Shown piece by piece: positions 34,701 through 46,235 of a DNA stretch of 64,000 nt. The position numbers were made by a program, and so were the translations under genes. Each line of letters opens with the position of its first letter. Within the stretch, counting starts at the first letter, position 1. Origin of the DNA: Psammoneis japonica. Lineage: Eukaryota. The notes beneath the pieces were generated by a model. That model was not told where the DNA came from. It was given only the letters and a program-made list of their open reading frames with translations, and ran no database searches. The stretch is from positions 62,001 to 126,000 of the forward strand of contig QPGO01000131.1 of NCBI GenBank assembly GCA_008632985.1, given 5' to 3'.

Positions 34701-35226
34701 CAAAAGATGGAATAAAGGCGGAGGGAGAAGCGAGGGTTAGACCAAGAAGAGAGGGCGGCAGTGCGGCTGGGCGGTGGAGCGAAATGTTGATCGCCGATTG
34801 CATGTGCAGTGCCCAGCCATGGGGGCGGGCACATGACCTCACTTCTTACGAGTGCCACGTCACTTACTTATGCATTGATTGGATGATGTCACATGTTGAA
34901 GTTCAACATGAAGATATAGCGAAGAATCATCAATCAATCACAAAAATAATTAGCACACACACAGCATCGATCACGCTTTGATCACACAACCATCACTCCT
35001 CGCCCTGCTTCATCATACTCTGTTCTGCGAGCAGTCTTGGTCGTGTCAAATAAGCAAATCGAACTTTCGTGAACCCTTGTGTTGCAGAACTCTGCGGCAA
35101 TCTCATATTTCAGGCCAAAGGAAATTGTCCTTCAGCACTCAGCACAAGCCCATTGGACAGCGAGTAGACAGTTTCAGAGAACTCCTAACAAAGTCGGATC
35201 AAGAAGCGACACAGCATCTTCAAAAC

Positions 35227-35769
35227 ATGTCGGATAAGGAAGAGGTCTTCGATTCTGGTCTCAAGGATTGCTATTGTGGCAAGACAAAATTCCGTGTCAC
35301 CGGTCCCTTGGCAGACGTTTGTTACTGCCATTGCCGTCTCTGCCGTCAATTCTTCAACCAACCCTTCAACAACATTGCCATCTTTGCAAAACAGGGGACC
35401 GTCATGATTGACGACAACGATACCTGCATGGACGTTCCCAAGAACGTCACGTTCTTTGATGAACCCATGACTATGGTTCGTACTCGATGCAAGACCTGCG
35501 GTGCTACCGTCGTCGAACGTGTCCAAGAGTGGCCATCCCTGGAGTTCGTACCCGTCGTCCAGCTATTGGCTCAAGACGCCGACGACATTCCCGACGCACT
35601 CCGTCCAACGAAGCACATTTTCTACAAAGAGCGAGTCGTTGACGCTGCGGATGATTTGCCCAAGTATGACGCCTTCGCTGCGGATTTGACCTATGACCCG
35701 CCCCTTCCCCTGCCGGAGCTCACCAAAGAACAGCTTGAAACAATGACACATCGAATCGTCAAAATCTAG
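35227..35769 (+). CDS. GFA/Mss4-like (CENP-V family) zinc protein
   Basis: CYCG, CYCHCRLCR, RCKTCG, PTKHIFY...DDLPKY. Confidence 0.85.
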   Translation: MSDKEEVFDSGLKDCYCGKTKFRVTGPLADVCYCHCRLCRQFFNQPFNNIAIFAKQGTVMIDDNDTCMDVPKNVTFFDEPMTMVRTRCKTCGATVVERVQEWPSLEFVPVVQLLAQDADDIPDALRPTKHIFYKERVVDAADDLPKYDAFAADLTYDPPLPLPELTKEQLETMTHRIVKI

Positions 35770-36761
35770 TGTTTCCGTTCGCACTCTTTATCCTCGCGTA
35801 GTATACATAATTGCACGATATTTAGTTTCCATAATTTTACGGTATGAGGTAATCGTCTTTTCAGCAAATCCACAATTCTATTTTTTGCTCGTTGCTCCGT
35901 ATGTATTTCAAGTCTTGCGGTGAAATAATGAGAATGCTGGGCAAAGTACTGCGTTTCCGCACAAGTTTCCCCTTCAATTAACACTATTCTTTGATCTCGA
36001 GAGGGTAAATCAATCCCCTTTATGTTTCGATGCCGTTCAAGAGAATGGTCTTGAGTCATCGTTGGGTTGCAACAAGGATGTAATGTCGGTCTTTGGAAAA
36101 AAGCTAAACACGTAATCATGAAGCTAGCTCCGCCGCGAAACACGCCAAAGGGGTTTCCATGCCATAGATATCTTGTGAGATATCAACCATCGGCTAGTGA
36201 TGTCTTCTATAGAGAAGCGGATACGCCTCATCAATGTTTGCTCGATTCATCATTCATCATTGAGCTTGTGCATGACCACACCTTGAAGGCAGCCCAAGAC
36301 CCAAGACACAAAAATGGGTGTTGTTCATGGGTGACACAAGGTAGAATCGAGTACGTAAGGCCTATACAATTTATGGTCTTGTTTCAATAGTTTGCTCCGA
36401 GAAGACTCCGAGGCAACGTCACTTTACAGTAGGATTAAACTGAAAATAGGCTCTACCATGCTATCGAGATTAGCTGATGACAGTGCTGTAGCTCTAGCTC
36501 TAGAGCTATGGCCCTAACGATAACATGATCGCGTTTCGCGAATGCGGCGTCTCTGGCGGGCGTGTCTTAGAGATGCGCGCGCGTTTTTTTCTCTCGCATA
36601 TTATCATCACGTCATTGCAAAACGAGGCAACTAACGCAACAGCAACTGACCACCACACAAAAAAACCTTGTTGTTCTGATCATTCGTTGACACCCTTATC
36701 TCGTTTGTCGATTGAAGATTGAAGAATTTGCATCATCAACAATATTATATACCCGTAGAAC

Positions 36762-38197
36762 ATGGCGTCTGAACCAGCAACCTCAGCTTCACAACGATCC
36801 TCTTCGGTGGAATCCTTCAAAGTGATGGACGTCTTGCAACGAGCTAACGAATTGCAAGCTCAAGGACACAAGGTTTGGCATTTGGAAGTAGGACAACCAG
36901 AATCAGGGGCACCAGCCCAAGTCTCTAAGGCTGCGCAAGAAGCCTTGGAGAATAACGAAACCATGGGATACACCAATTCTTTTGGATTGCTAGCCTTGAG
37001 GCAAAAGATTTCCGACTTTTATCAGAAGAAGTACCAGGTTTCAGTCAAAGTGGAAAACATTGTAGTTACAACCGGTTCGAGTGGTGCCTTCTTGTTGGCT
37101 TTTACTGGCTGCTTCGATGCTGGTGATACAGTAGCAATTGCCAGTAGTGGGTATCCCTGCTATCGCAACATTCTACAGGCTCTAGGGTGCTCACTTCTGA
37201 GTGTAGAGATGAATTCTGAATTCAAATTGACGGCCAAGGAATTGAAGCAGGCCATTGAATTGCGGAGGAAGAAAACACCAGAATTGCCCCCAATCAAGGG
37301 TTTGATCTTGAGCAGTCCATCTAATCCGACGGGCGCCATGTTAACACCGGATGAATTGAAGGACCTTTGTCTATTGTGCGATGAGGAAAACATTCATTTC
37401 TTGTCCGATGAAATATACCATGGCATCAGTTATGGAATGCCAGAAGCGACAGCGGTTACCTACTCTCAGAATGTCTTCGTCATCAACAGCTTTTCCAAAT
37501 ACTATTCGAGTGAGTGAGCTTCTACTGCAGGTTGCAGGTCTGAGCACGCGTTGTGCGCACTACTCTGTCTCATCCAACTCCTTTCCTCCTTCTTGATTTG
37601 ATTCCATGTTCAACCGATTGATTCTATAATACAGTGTCCGGATGGCGACTAGGTTGGATGGTTATCCCTGACCACATGATTGATCCCATTAACACACTCC
37701 AACAGAACATGTTCATCAATGCCCCAACCATTTCTCAAACGGCAGCCCTCAAATGTTGGGAACCTGAAACGATTGAAGAACTGGAGCGACATGTGACCAA
37801 GTATCAAAAGAGTCGGACCATTATTTTGGACTACTTGCAGCAAATTCCAGAATTGCGAAACGAAAGTAGGGATAGCGATGCTGCAACGACAGCCACTCAG
37901 ACGAAGCATCAACATCACGTCGCACCAGCAGATGGTGGTTTCTACGTCTACGTTGATTTGGGCCCGAATAATGTTGCACCAGGTCATGGAAGTGTTGCTA
38001 TGTGTCAAGCCTTACTGGAAGAGTGTCATGTCGCCTTCACACCTGGAACAGACTTTGAAAGTTCACCGGAGGTGGGAGACAGACGATTTCGAATCAGTTA
38101 TGCCGGAGGAGTCGAAACGGCGACAGAAGGATTGAAGCAATTCGTGCAATTCTGGCCGACATGGTTAGCTCGAGTAAAAGAGGCACAACAGCAGTAA
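36762..38197 (+). CDS. Class I/II PLP-dependent aminotransferase (aspartate aminotransferase-like); intron 37510-37634
   Basis: HLEVGQP, VTTGSSGAF, SPSNPTG, SDEIYHG; the spliced PLP-lysine motif is SFSKYYSMSGWRLGW. Confidence 0.93.
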
Positions 38198-38559
38198 GAT
38201 AAAGACTATCGACACGAGAATGTGTGAGCCTTTTGCATGAAAAAAGAGCGTGTGCTCATCACACAACATCAGATAAACAAAAATCTAAGAGATTCCTCTC
38301 CTTCAGTGCACAAAAAGGCTTCCTTAGCACAATGCAAGCACCTGGATGACCCCCCTCACTCGAAACAAGGACGATTTTCGGTTTTCCGGCATACATTAGT
38401 TGTTGCTCGGCCCCGACATTTCTTGGAGCTTGGGTTAAATGTTTTGTCGTGTCTCCATAGAAATGTTATGTGTCTATGGGCGGGGGGCGCGGCTGGAGCA
38501 TACGTCCCTTTTATTACAGGCTAAGGGTTTGTTGCACGATCGTTGTCTTTGCCGTGCTT

Positions 38560-39840
38560 GTAGGGATGGCAAGTTGTCATTTGCCAGTGCGCCTTCTACC
38601 TCAACATCTTTTGCACACTGGGTCAATGGAAGGTGAGACCAAGGGAGAACTTGTCAGCAGACGTTTGTGTGAGATTTCTTGTTGCTTGTCAAGGGCTTCA
38701 CCAGGTTGGATTTGAGGCATTTTGGTTGCTTGGGCATTCATCAAAATGACAGCTGCAGTGGAGCCAGAGGTCAAAGACAACAATCAATTCTTGGTGTGTT
38801 TGTGGAAAGGCCAAGATGCAATTGCATGGTGGGGAAATGTGCTGGAGGCAGGACAGGCCATCAAAGTGTGAGCTGAAGTTTCAGTGGGGGCATTGCAAAG
38901 GAAACAACTTGGCAAATTGACAAAATGCATTTTGTGGGGGTGTCCACCACAGAAGAGCTCTTTTGCCAATTGAGCCACCATCTGGAACACAGGCAGATGA
39001 GTGACTGGAGAAAGGAGCTGGCACCCTGCTTGAAGTTGGCTCTTGTGGCACCACACATCATGTCACAAGCCAGGAGCTGGCAGCACCATGTTGTGAGTCA
39101 GCTGGGCTGCTGGATGTGAGTTGTGAGCACTCTTGTCATTTGAGAATGGACCTCAGTGCACAGTGGGTTGTGTGATTTGATTGAAGAAGAAGGTTGTTTG
39201 CTCATCATGACAGAGGCTGAGTGTTTTCCTCAACTCCAATGCAAGCAGAGGCCCCCTGGAGATCAACGGAGAGTTGCAAGTCGTGCACTGGCAATGACAG
39301 CACAGTGAGTGCCACATTTCGAGCTGGACAAAAACTCTCATTGACAAGAATTGTGTTGTTGGAGATGCACTGCCAGAAAGATTTTTAAAGGCACATTGCA
39401 GGGGGGGGGGGGGCACAAAGCCTCAGCACAGGCAAATGTTGCGTGAACAAACGGCTCTGGGTTGTGCAGAAAGTGTTTTTGTGCTGGCATTTTTCAACAA
39501 GGAAGGCCACACAGGGAATTGCGGGCATGATTTGAGTCTTGGCAGCAGTTTTCTTCAAGAACAATGCCATTGTCATGTCAGCATTTGTGAAGAGCACCCA
39601 GGTTGCTGAGCGAACGGAGAGCAAGCTTTGTGCTCTTGGACCTGTGGTCTCTCTGTGCCAGCACCAGGCTCTCAACGGACAAGCTTTTGTGCATCACGCA
39701 GGAGGGAAGAATGAGAAGGGAAACCAGACAGGAGGGCCACAACATTCAAGAATGCTGTGGATGCATGAAATGCATGCAATGCATGCAATGCAAAAAGGCT
39801 TGTTGCAGCGAAGCTGACATTTGAGTTTTCGTCTGCTTGC
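38560..39840 (-). mobile_element. Decayed repeat block including a probable non-LTR retrotransposon 3' remnant
   Basis: Depleted in TA and CG; minus-strand CFLCNAPTETSAHTLMAC resembles the C-terminal zinc knuckle of LINE ORF2. Confidence 0.45.
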
Positions 39841-40136
39841 ACCCATGTTGTGGGTGCGAGATGTGTTGTTGGCAAGGCATAAACATGTCTATGTATGAAT
39901 ATATTGAAATCTAATCGTTTACAACGGAAGAATCGGTTAACTCCCCTAAGTATTTCAGATAGATCGCGAACACCAACATTTGAAAAAAATGCCCCTGCGA
40001 CGCTCCTGTGCCATGACCGCCCGACCCGTGCTCGTTGTGAACGGTAGTTACTAGTCCTCATCACATCTGCATTCTGTGATTCTCGATAGACTCAATCATT
40101 GTTGCTCAACGTTTGTCGAGTTTCTTGGAAAAACAA

Positions 40137-41167
40137 TGAGCAGTGCAGGCGTTAACCGCAAGCGCTTGTCCTACCAATGGTTGTGGTTGGTCATTCTTTC
40201 TCTCCTTATCATGTCGAGTTTAGCCGAGTTTGACCCGTACTATTTTGATACTCGTGGATGGGCAGAGAAAATGGCATATTTGGATGTGGAGAGTAGCTCT
40301 GAATGGAAACGTGTGACTGAGACTCCTTGTTTCAGTCCAAAAGAAGAGCCGTGCCGATTGGTGCACAGGAACGTTGGGAAGAGCGAGACAGAGAACGGGA
40401 CGATTGCGGTGCAAATGAGGGAGCCGCGTTTTTCAGAGCTGATTCTTTTGTATGATAAGCTTACAGAGTTGAGCCAAGAGGGTTTTATTCCCGAGCTTGA
40501 CTCATCAAAAACGTATCACCACCCCTCCGAGTCATGGGGTGTCTATTTTCTAAAGAAATTCGGAGAGACGGTGCCACTTGTAGATTATGTGAACGCCACC
40601 AAAGACGAAAGAGCCATCGTTCAGCTGGCCGAAGACATTGTCCAGATTCTCTCCCGTCTTGCTGAGATTGGAATTCAGCATCATGATCTATCTCTCTATC
40701 ATGGTCTAGTAGACGAGGTCAGAAGCAATGGGAACTGGTTGGTCCGCAACGGACGAGCCTTTCTTTGGAACTTTGGATGGGCCCAGGATGAGATTGACTC
40801 CTCAACCAGTCGTGTTCCAACCTTTGTCAGTCGACCGGAAGAATGCACCAGTGGATGTGATGATTGCGTTGCATCCAACACCTTTGCCAGACTCTTTAAG
40901 GATTCTCACCCATGGATTGCACAAGTGTTCTCCACAATGGTACCGCCCTTTTGCAACGCAGCACAACAATCAAGTTTACGCGAGGCTTTTGCTGCTGCAA
41001 AAGCAAAGAATTTTGTCCCTCCTTCCGACGTAAGCGAGAAACTACCAGAAAAGCTAGACAACGACAAGGTCATAGTGAAGAAGAAGAAGAAAAGGAAAAA
41101 GACGAAGAAGCCAGCGGCTGACAAAGACGAAATCGTAGCGGCGAAGCCCGTGGAACAGGAACAGTGA
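40137..41167 (+). CDS. Hypothetical protein with N-terminal TM/signal segment, kinase-like core and Lys-rich tail
   Basis: WLWLVILSLLIMSSLA; IQHHDLS...NWLV...FLWNFGWA, resembling HxD..N..DFG. Confidence 0.65.
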
Positions 41168-41551
41168 TGGCAGTGTTCATGTGCTTATATTGTCAATTTA
41201 AGCAAGAAACTGCGGCGGTGGTTGCACGGCCTTTACTATATCTACAATGGTGCGTTCCGGTTCTTTATATTATGAGCAAGCTGCGTTACTAGTTCAAGAA
41301 AGAGATCCTGACGCCTCTGTAGCACGAATGGTCGGCTGTATTATTAAATATTTCATCACAGCTTTCAAATTAAAAATTTATGATTTTTTACCGGTCTGAG
41401 ACCTTGCTCAGGGTCCGTTGCGTACGGATGTTCTGATTACGGGAGCTTGCTGCATCAGGCGTCTCAGTCTTTTCAACGGACGTATCAGACACAGCCTCAC
41501 CTTTTCCACCTCACTCGTCGTGGTCTGGTACAGATTTAAAGCGTTTCAAGT

Positions 41552-43383
41552 TCAAAAGTCTTCCAAACCATATGGATCAAAATCGTCCAGGTCCTCGTCT
41601 TCCAAAACGGCGGCAAAGGGTATTGCCGACGGACTAATAGCATCATCTTCGTCAGCATACAGCAAATCGTACAAGTCTCGTCGCTCTTCGCGTAATCGTG
41701 AGATACTACCATCGGGTTCCGTCTTTTTGGCGCCCTTGGTTTTCTTCTTTTTCTTTGCCGCAGTCTTTTTCGGCTTTGCTTTGCGTGCCGTAGTTGTCTT
41801 TTTGATCGCAGGCTTTGCCACCTTTTTCTTTTTGACCGCTACGACTTTCTTTACCTTTTTTACTGCTCGCGGTTGCACCGCTCGAACCTCGTCCGTCTTT
41901 TTCCGTCTCGTGCGACGTGGAGATGGCAAAATTCCCATCTCTTCTCGCTTCTTGGCCATGGCATTAACAATTTTATTCCGGTATTCTTGATCTTGCCACT
42001 TTTTCTTCATGGCTTCACTGATACGCTGTCGGTGTGTTTTACCGTATCCTTTTTCTGGGCTCTTTCGTGTGTGGATTTTGGCCATCATTTTTTCACGAAA
42101 TTCAGGATCTTGCCATTTCGCCTTGAGCGTTTCCGAGATGCGTTTGCGGACATCCTCAGCCGAATTGCTAACGTTTGACTTTTCTACCATGTTGTCACGG
42201 TAAGACTTGTCGTTGGCCCATCTCTTTTTCAGAGACGCACTGATTTTAGCTCTTGTTTCCGCGCTGTGTGTAAATCCGCGCCTCACCTTGGAGGGATCAA
42301 CTGGCGTTCGTTTAATTTCACCCTTCGCATACTTGTCCTTGAGCACTTTCGATATCTTTTCTTTCGTCTCTTTTGTTGGTCGAAGGCCTCCCTTTTCGGT
42401 TCTTCTAGCCCGTCGCTCAGCATCCTTTTTCCTTCGTTCTGCCCGTTTCTGTTCCTTGTACTCCTCCTCGGTAATACCCTGTTCCTCTAGTTTCTTGAGA
42501 AAGTTTTGCCGGTTCCTGGCTCGCACACCCGCTGCAATTCGCGCTCTTGTCTCCTCAGAACGTGCCTTGCCCTTGTTCCATGGGATTTTCCCCTTGTTTG
42601 CGGCTGATATTTTTGCCTTGGACGACTTGGTGTGGGTGTATCCGCCGTTTGCGGTAGGATGAGGCACGTCATCGTCCGTGGGTTGCTCTGTTTCCCATAT
42701 CGGAATGTTAGACTCGTCTATTACTGAAGCGCCATTAACAGTAACAGAATTTTCCTTTCCATTTGATGCTGGAACGTTAGTCAACAGAGTGGCATTACTT
42801 ATACCGGAAGAGGAGTTCTGCGGAGCAGGGTCACTGCTTTTTCCATTCACTGTAGCTTCCGCTGTTGCATTCTGCGCCGGAGCAACTACATTTTCGACTG
42901 TAACTTCAGCTTTGTCAACTTGGGTAGAAGGGCCTGGCGATTCAGCTATATCCACTTCTGTGCTCCACAATCTAACCAAGCCCAGTGAAGGCGAAGAACA
43001 CTGTCCTAGCTCAGTCGATTGAAATAGTGGCCGATGAAACGGAACTCTACGAGGACACGGAGGAGCGTTAAAGCACGGACCTCCACGGCGCTCTCGTCGG
43101 TGCATACCCCTTGACCATGGTATCCATCGTCCTTGAAAGGCATCAACGACCATCCTAGGGCGAGTCTGACTTCCACCGGGCAGCAATACAGGATTGAAGC
43201 CAGAGTTGCAACAAGCGGTAGTTTTCGTCTACGTCGCTTAGAAGTTGACCTCTGAGGTCTCATCTCTGAATTCATCGTTTCTATCGCCTCTTTTCTTTTC
43301 ACTGTGTTCTCTAGCTCTGCTATTGACCGTTCTATGGTGTCCTTGGTTGCCGAAAGCCTCTTGTTTAGCATTTCATCCATCAT
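41552..43383 (-). CDS. Basic protein with NUMOD3-like repeats, full-length copy; one-base frameshift near 43187
   Basis: HTKSSKAKISAANKGKIPWNKG, SEETRARI, ETKEKIS, HSAETRAKISASLKKRW; acidic tail. The paralog has caataaca where this copy has caataca. Confidence 0.8.
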
Positions 43384-44062
43384 CCAAGCTGTCTTCGGGA
43401 TTTGAGTGATGGAAGTAGTGATTATGTAGATGCGATTTGATTGGTTGTTGACGTTGTGTCGGGGCCACTGACGGTTGCCGTAAAGGCAGTATGTTCTCTA
43501 CGTAGAAAGCGAAAGCATCCGGATGACGGAGAGGGTAAGAATTACACCGGCAAGCTCATTAGGCCCCCAGGGCCCTGGAGCTAAGGAGCAACATCCTAGG
43601 AGACATCGTGATAAAGAAGACGACAAAACGACTGGTGTCATTGATCGCATGGTTGCAGCATGAGCCACCACGATGGCTTGGGTTTCCGGCACTTTCGACA
43701 TGTGAAGGAAAGTTTCCCCTTCTACTCCTGCAACAGCTCTTTTTCGAACGAATCATGAGTCCAATGATTGCTGCATTGTCAACTTTTCACAGCCACAGAA
43801 GTTCCTCATGTCTCTTGTCATTTTGACTTGGTGTCTTCCCAGGCTCTGCATCCCTCAGGACTTGCTTTTCTTTCTGTGTTTGCGCTTTTTCATTTTTGTG
43901 CTTTTTCCTTTTTCGTTCATCGCTGGAGCCATCATTGCTGCTTGCCCCATTCACTGGATGCTGTAAATTGTTGTCACTCTCACAGTGTTGTCTTGTGCTG
44001 GATTTTGTTTTGTCAGTGTGTCCGCCCATGGCACCTCTTGCCTTGCTTGCTTCCACGGCTCT
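42008..44062 (+). repeat. Direct segmental duplication, copy A (about 2.05 kb)
   Basis: Collinear with 46290-48369 from catggcttcactgat to ccacggctc. Confidence 0.95.
43855..44062 (-). pseudogene. Truncated, mutated 3' fragment of the FRA10AC1-like gene
   Basis: KARGAMGGHTDKTKSS.RQHCESD...ERKRKKHK matches the end of the 48161-48964 ORF. Confidence 0.85.
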
Positions 44063-46070
44063 GGCAGAGGCAGCGACCTGCACGAGTGGGTTTCAAATCT
44101 GGCTGAGTCATGAGGTTGCTGCTCTCTGCACTGTCTTGTGCCACAGCATTGGAGAATCTGTGTGGGTCAATGTTGACAATCGGGCAACAAAGGCGTTTGC
44201 ACTGCACAACTGCCAGTGCCAACTCTGAAAATGTCACCAGCACTGTCTCCAGATGGTTGTGACTGATCTTTGTGCACCTTGTGGGTGCAAAGCTCTTCAG
44301 CTTTGTGATTGGCTGGCCACTGGCCAACTGCCAATGGGAGGAAACCAAGCAGATGTGCACCATTCATTCTCAAAAATGCAGCATTCCATCCACAAACTTT
44401 TGATGTGCATCAGAGCTGGGATGCATGAGGAACATAGAATGAAGGAGAGTTGATGCACAGACCACCTCCACTGCACTTGCCTGGATTGTCTGAAGTTGCC
44501 ATTGCTGCCGTGTTGCAAGTGGGGCAAAATGTTTTTTTGGCACAAATTTTTGAGCTAAATTGGCCAAATTTGAGTTGCAAAAAGCAGCGATTGGCACCCT
44601 TGAGTGAAGGCTGCGGCAGTAGAGGGAAGTTCTGCCTTGCGCATTGTGGCTGCATGTTGAGTCTTGTGAGTCATCATGACAACACTCTTTTGTCTGGATG
44701 GCAACCACCACCATGGCCCAATTGGGCGAAGAGGTGGATTTTGTGAAAACAATGGCACCTGCATGATTTCTGTTGTGTCCCCACCCACAGCGGCCAGCAA
44801 CATGACTCTGGTGCCAGACATGTGGACAGGTGAGTGGATGGATGAACAGACCCTGACTTTTTGAAGTCCACCCGCTCATCAGTTGTAAAAAGATTTTGCA
44901 AAGATTTGATCTTGAATGAACTTGATCTTGATCTTGAACCTGCAACAACAAACAACAATGTCAAATGTCACTGCTCAAAATGGTGCTGTCGAGTTGTTGC
45001 TCTCAGCACCGCAGCTGTGCATTCAATTGCAAGCACAGACATTTCTGAACTCAGAGATGACTGGACCACCTGCACGTGTGCATCTTCCACCTGTGTGGAA
45101 GAAGTGCTGCAAGCACAAAGGTTGGGAGCACAATGAAAAGGATCTCATTTTGCTTGGAAAGGAACAACATGGGCAAGTCGATGCTGCAAAGTGCTTGATC
45201 GACATGTTTGTTGGAATCACAACTGAAAAGGGTGGCATCAAGAAGCTCAAGCGAAGCAAGGCTGACCCTTGCATGTTGCATCATCATGATGACAAGGGGC
45301 AGTTGGAGACTGTCATTTTGATGTGCATGGACAATGGGGTTTCACATGCAAAAAGCCGGAAGTCATCAAGGAAGCCAAGGACCATTGTTTGGCAAAGAGA
45401 GTTAAGATGATGGACATTGGATGAATCAACGGCTCATTTAGGAGTTGATTGTGAATTGAACAAAGACAAACATGGTTGGCACTTTGAGTGCAGCATGCGC
45501 AAGTGCTTGGAGAAGATGATTGCAGAGTGCAAACAACCCTTCAACAAGAAGGTTGAGAACTGTGAGACACCTGCAGAGGGCAAGGGAATGTGCTGATGAA
45601 GGCAGACAAAGATCACAAGCCAGCCAAGCAAAGTGGATGTGAAGCCTTTGTTGGAAAGAGGTTGTGTGCATGTTGAAGGTCTCACCTGATTGTGCAAATG
45701 CAGACAGAGCCCCGACAATGCATTTGACGAATCCAGCTGATGAGCGCTGGTGCACGTGCTGGACAGATTCGTGGGACATCTGAAATTTCACTGTCAGGAG
45801 CCATTGAAGTTGAGGTTGCCTTTGGAGTCAAGGAGCTCAGGAACATTTGACACTGAGTGAAGAATGGACAAGAATGACCAAAAGAGCATTTCAAGTGACC
45901 TCTCCACACTGGGCGGCATGTCCTCAATCAGCTGGCAATCGAAGAAGCAGACCTTGGTGGTGGCGCTGAGCAGTTGTGAAAGTGAGACCATGGCAGGTGC
46001 GGCGGGGTGCGCACAGAGCATTCAGTTTCAGAGTCACTTGTTGGAGGACATCGTCAACGCGTGTTGATTT
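44063..46070 (+). mobile_element. Ty1/Copia LTR-retrotransposon pol relic (RT and RNase H)
   Basis: LLGKEQHGQVDAAK (LYG motif), SKADPCML, LMCMDN (YVDD), KSISS...LGG..ISWQSKKQTLVVALSSCESE. Confidence 0.85.
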
Positions 46071-46235
46071 GAGAGATCGGCTCCATAGCTCTGTAGGTGG
46101 TTGAACGACAATGGCGGAGAATTGACAAGTGGAAATTCGGTTTGGTAAGATTGAATCGGCATCAGAAAGATTAAAACAGTAGATCATAATTTAGCGAGAA
46201 TGAGAAAAAAAGACTATATATTTTATTTTTGTGTG

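Noticed and set aside
41552..43383. Homing endonuclease (from NUMOD3-like motifs)
   Set aside because: No GIY-YIG or HNH catalytic motif seen; it looks like a nuclear-encoded basic protein.
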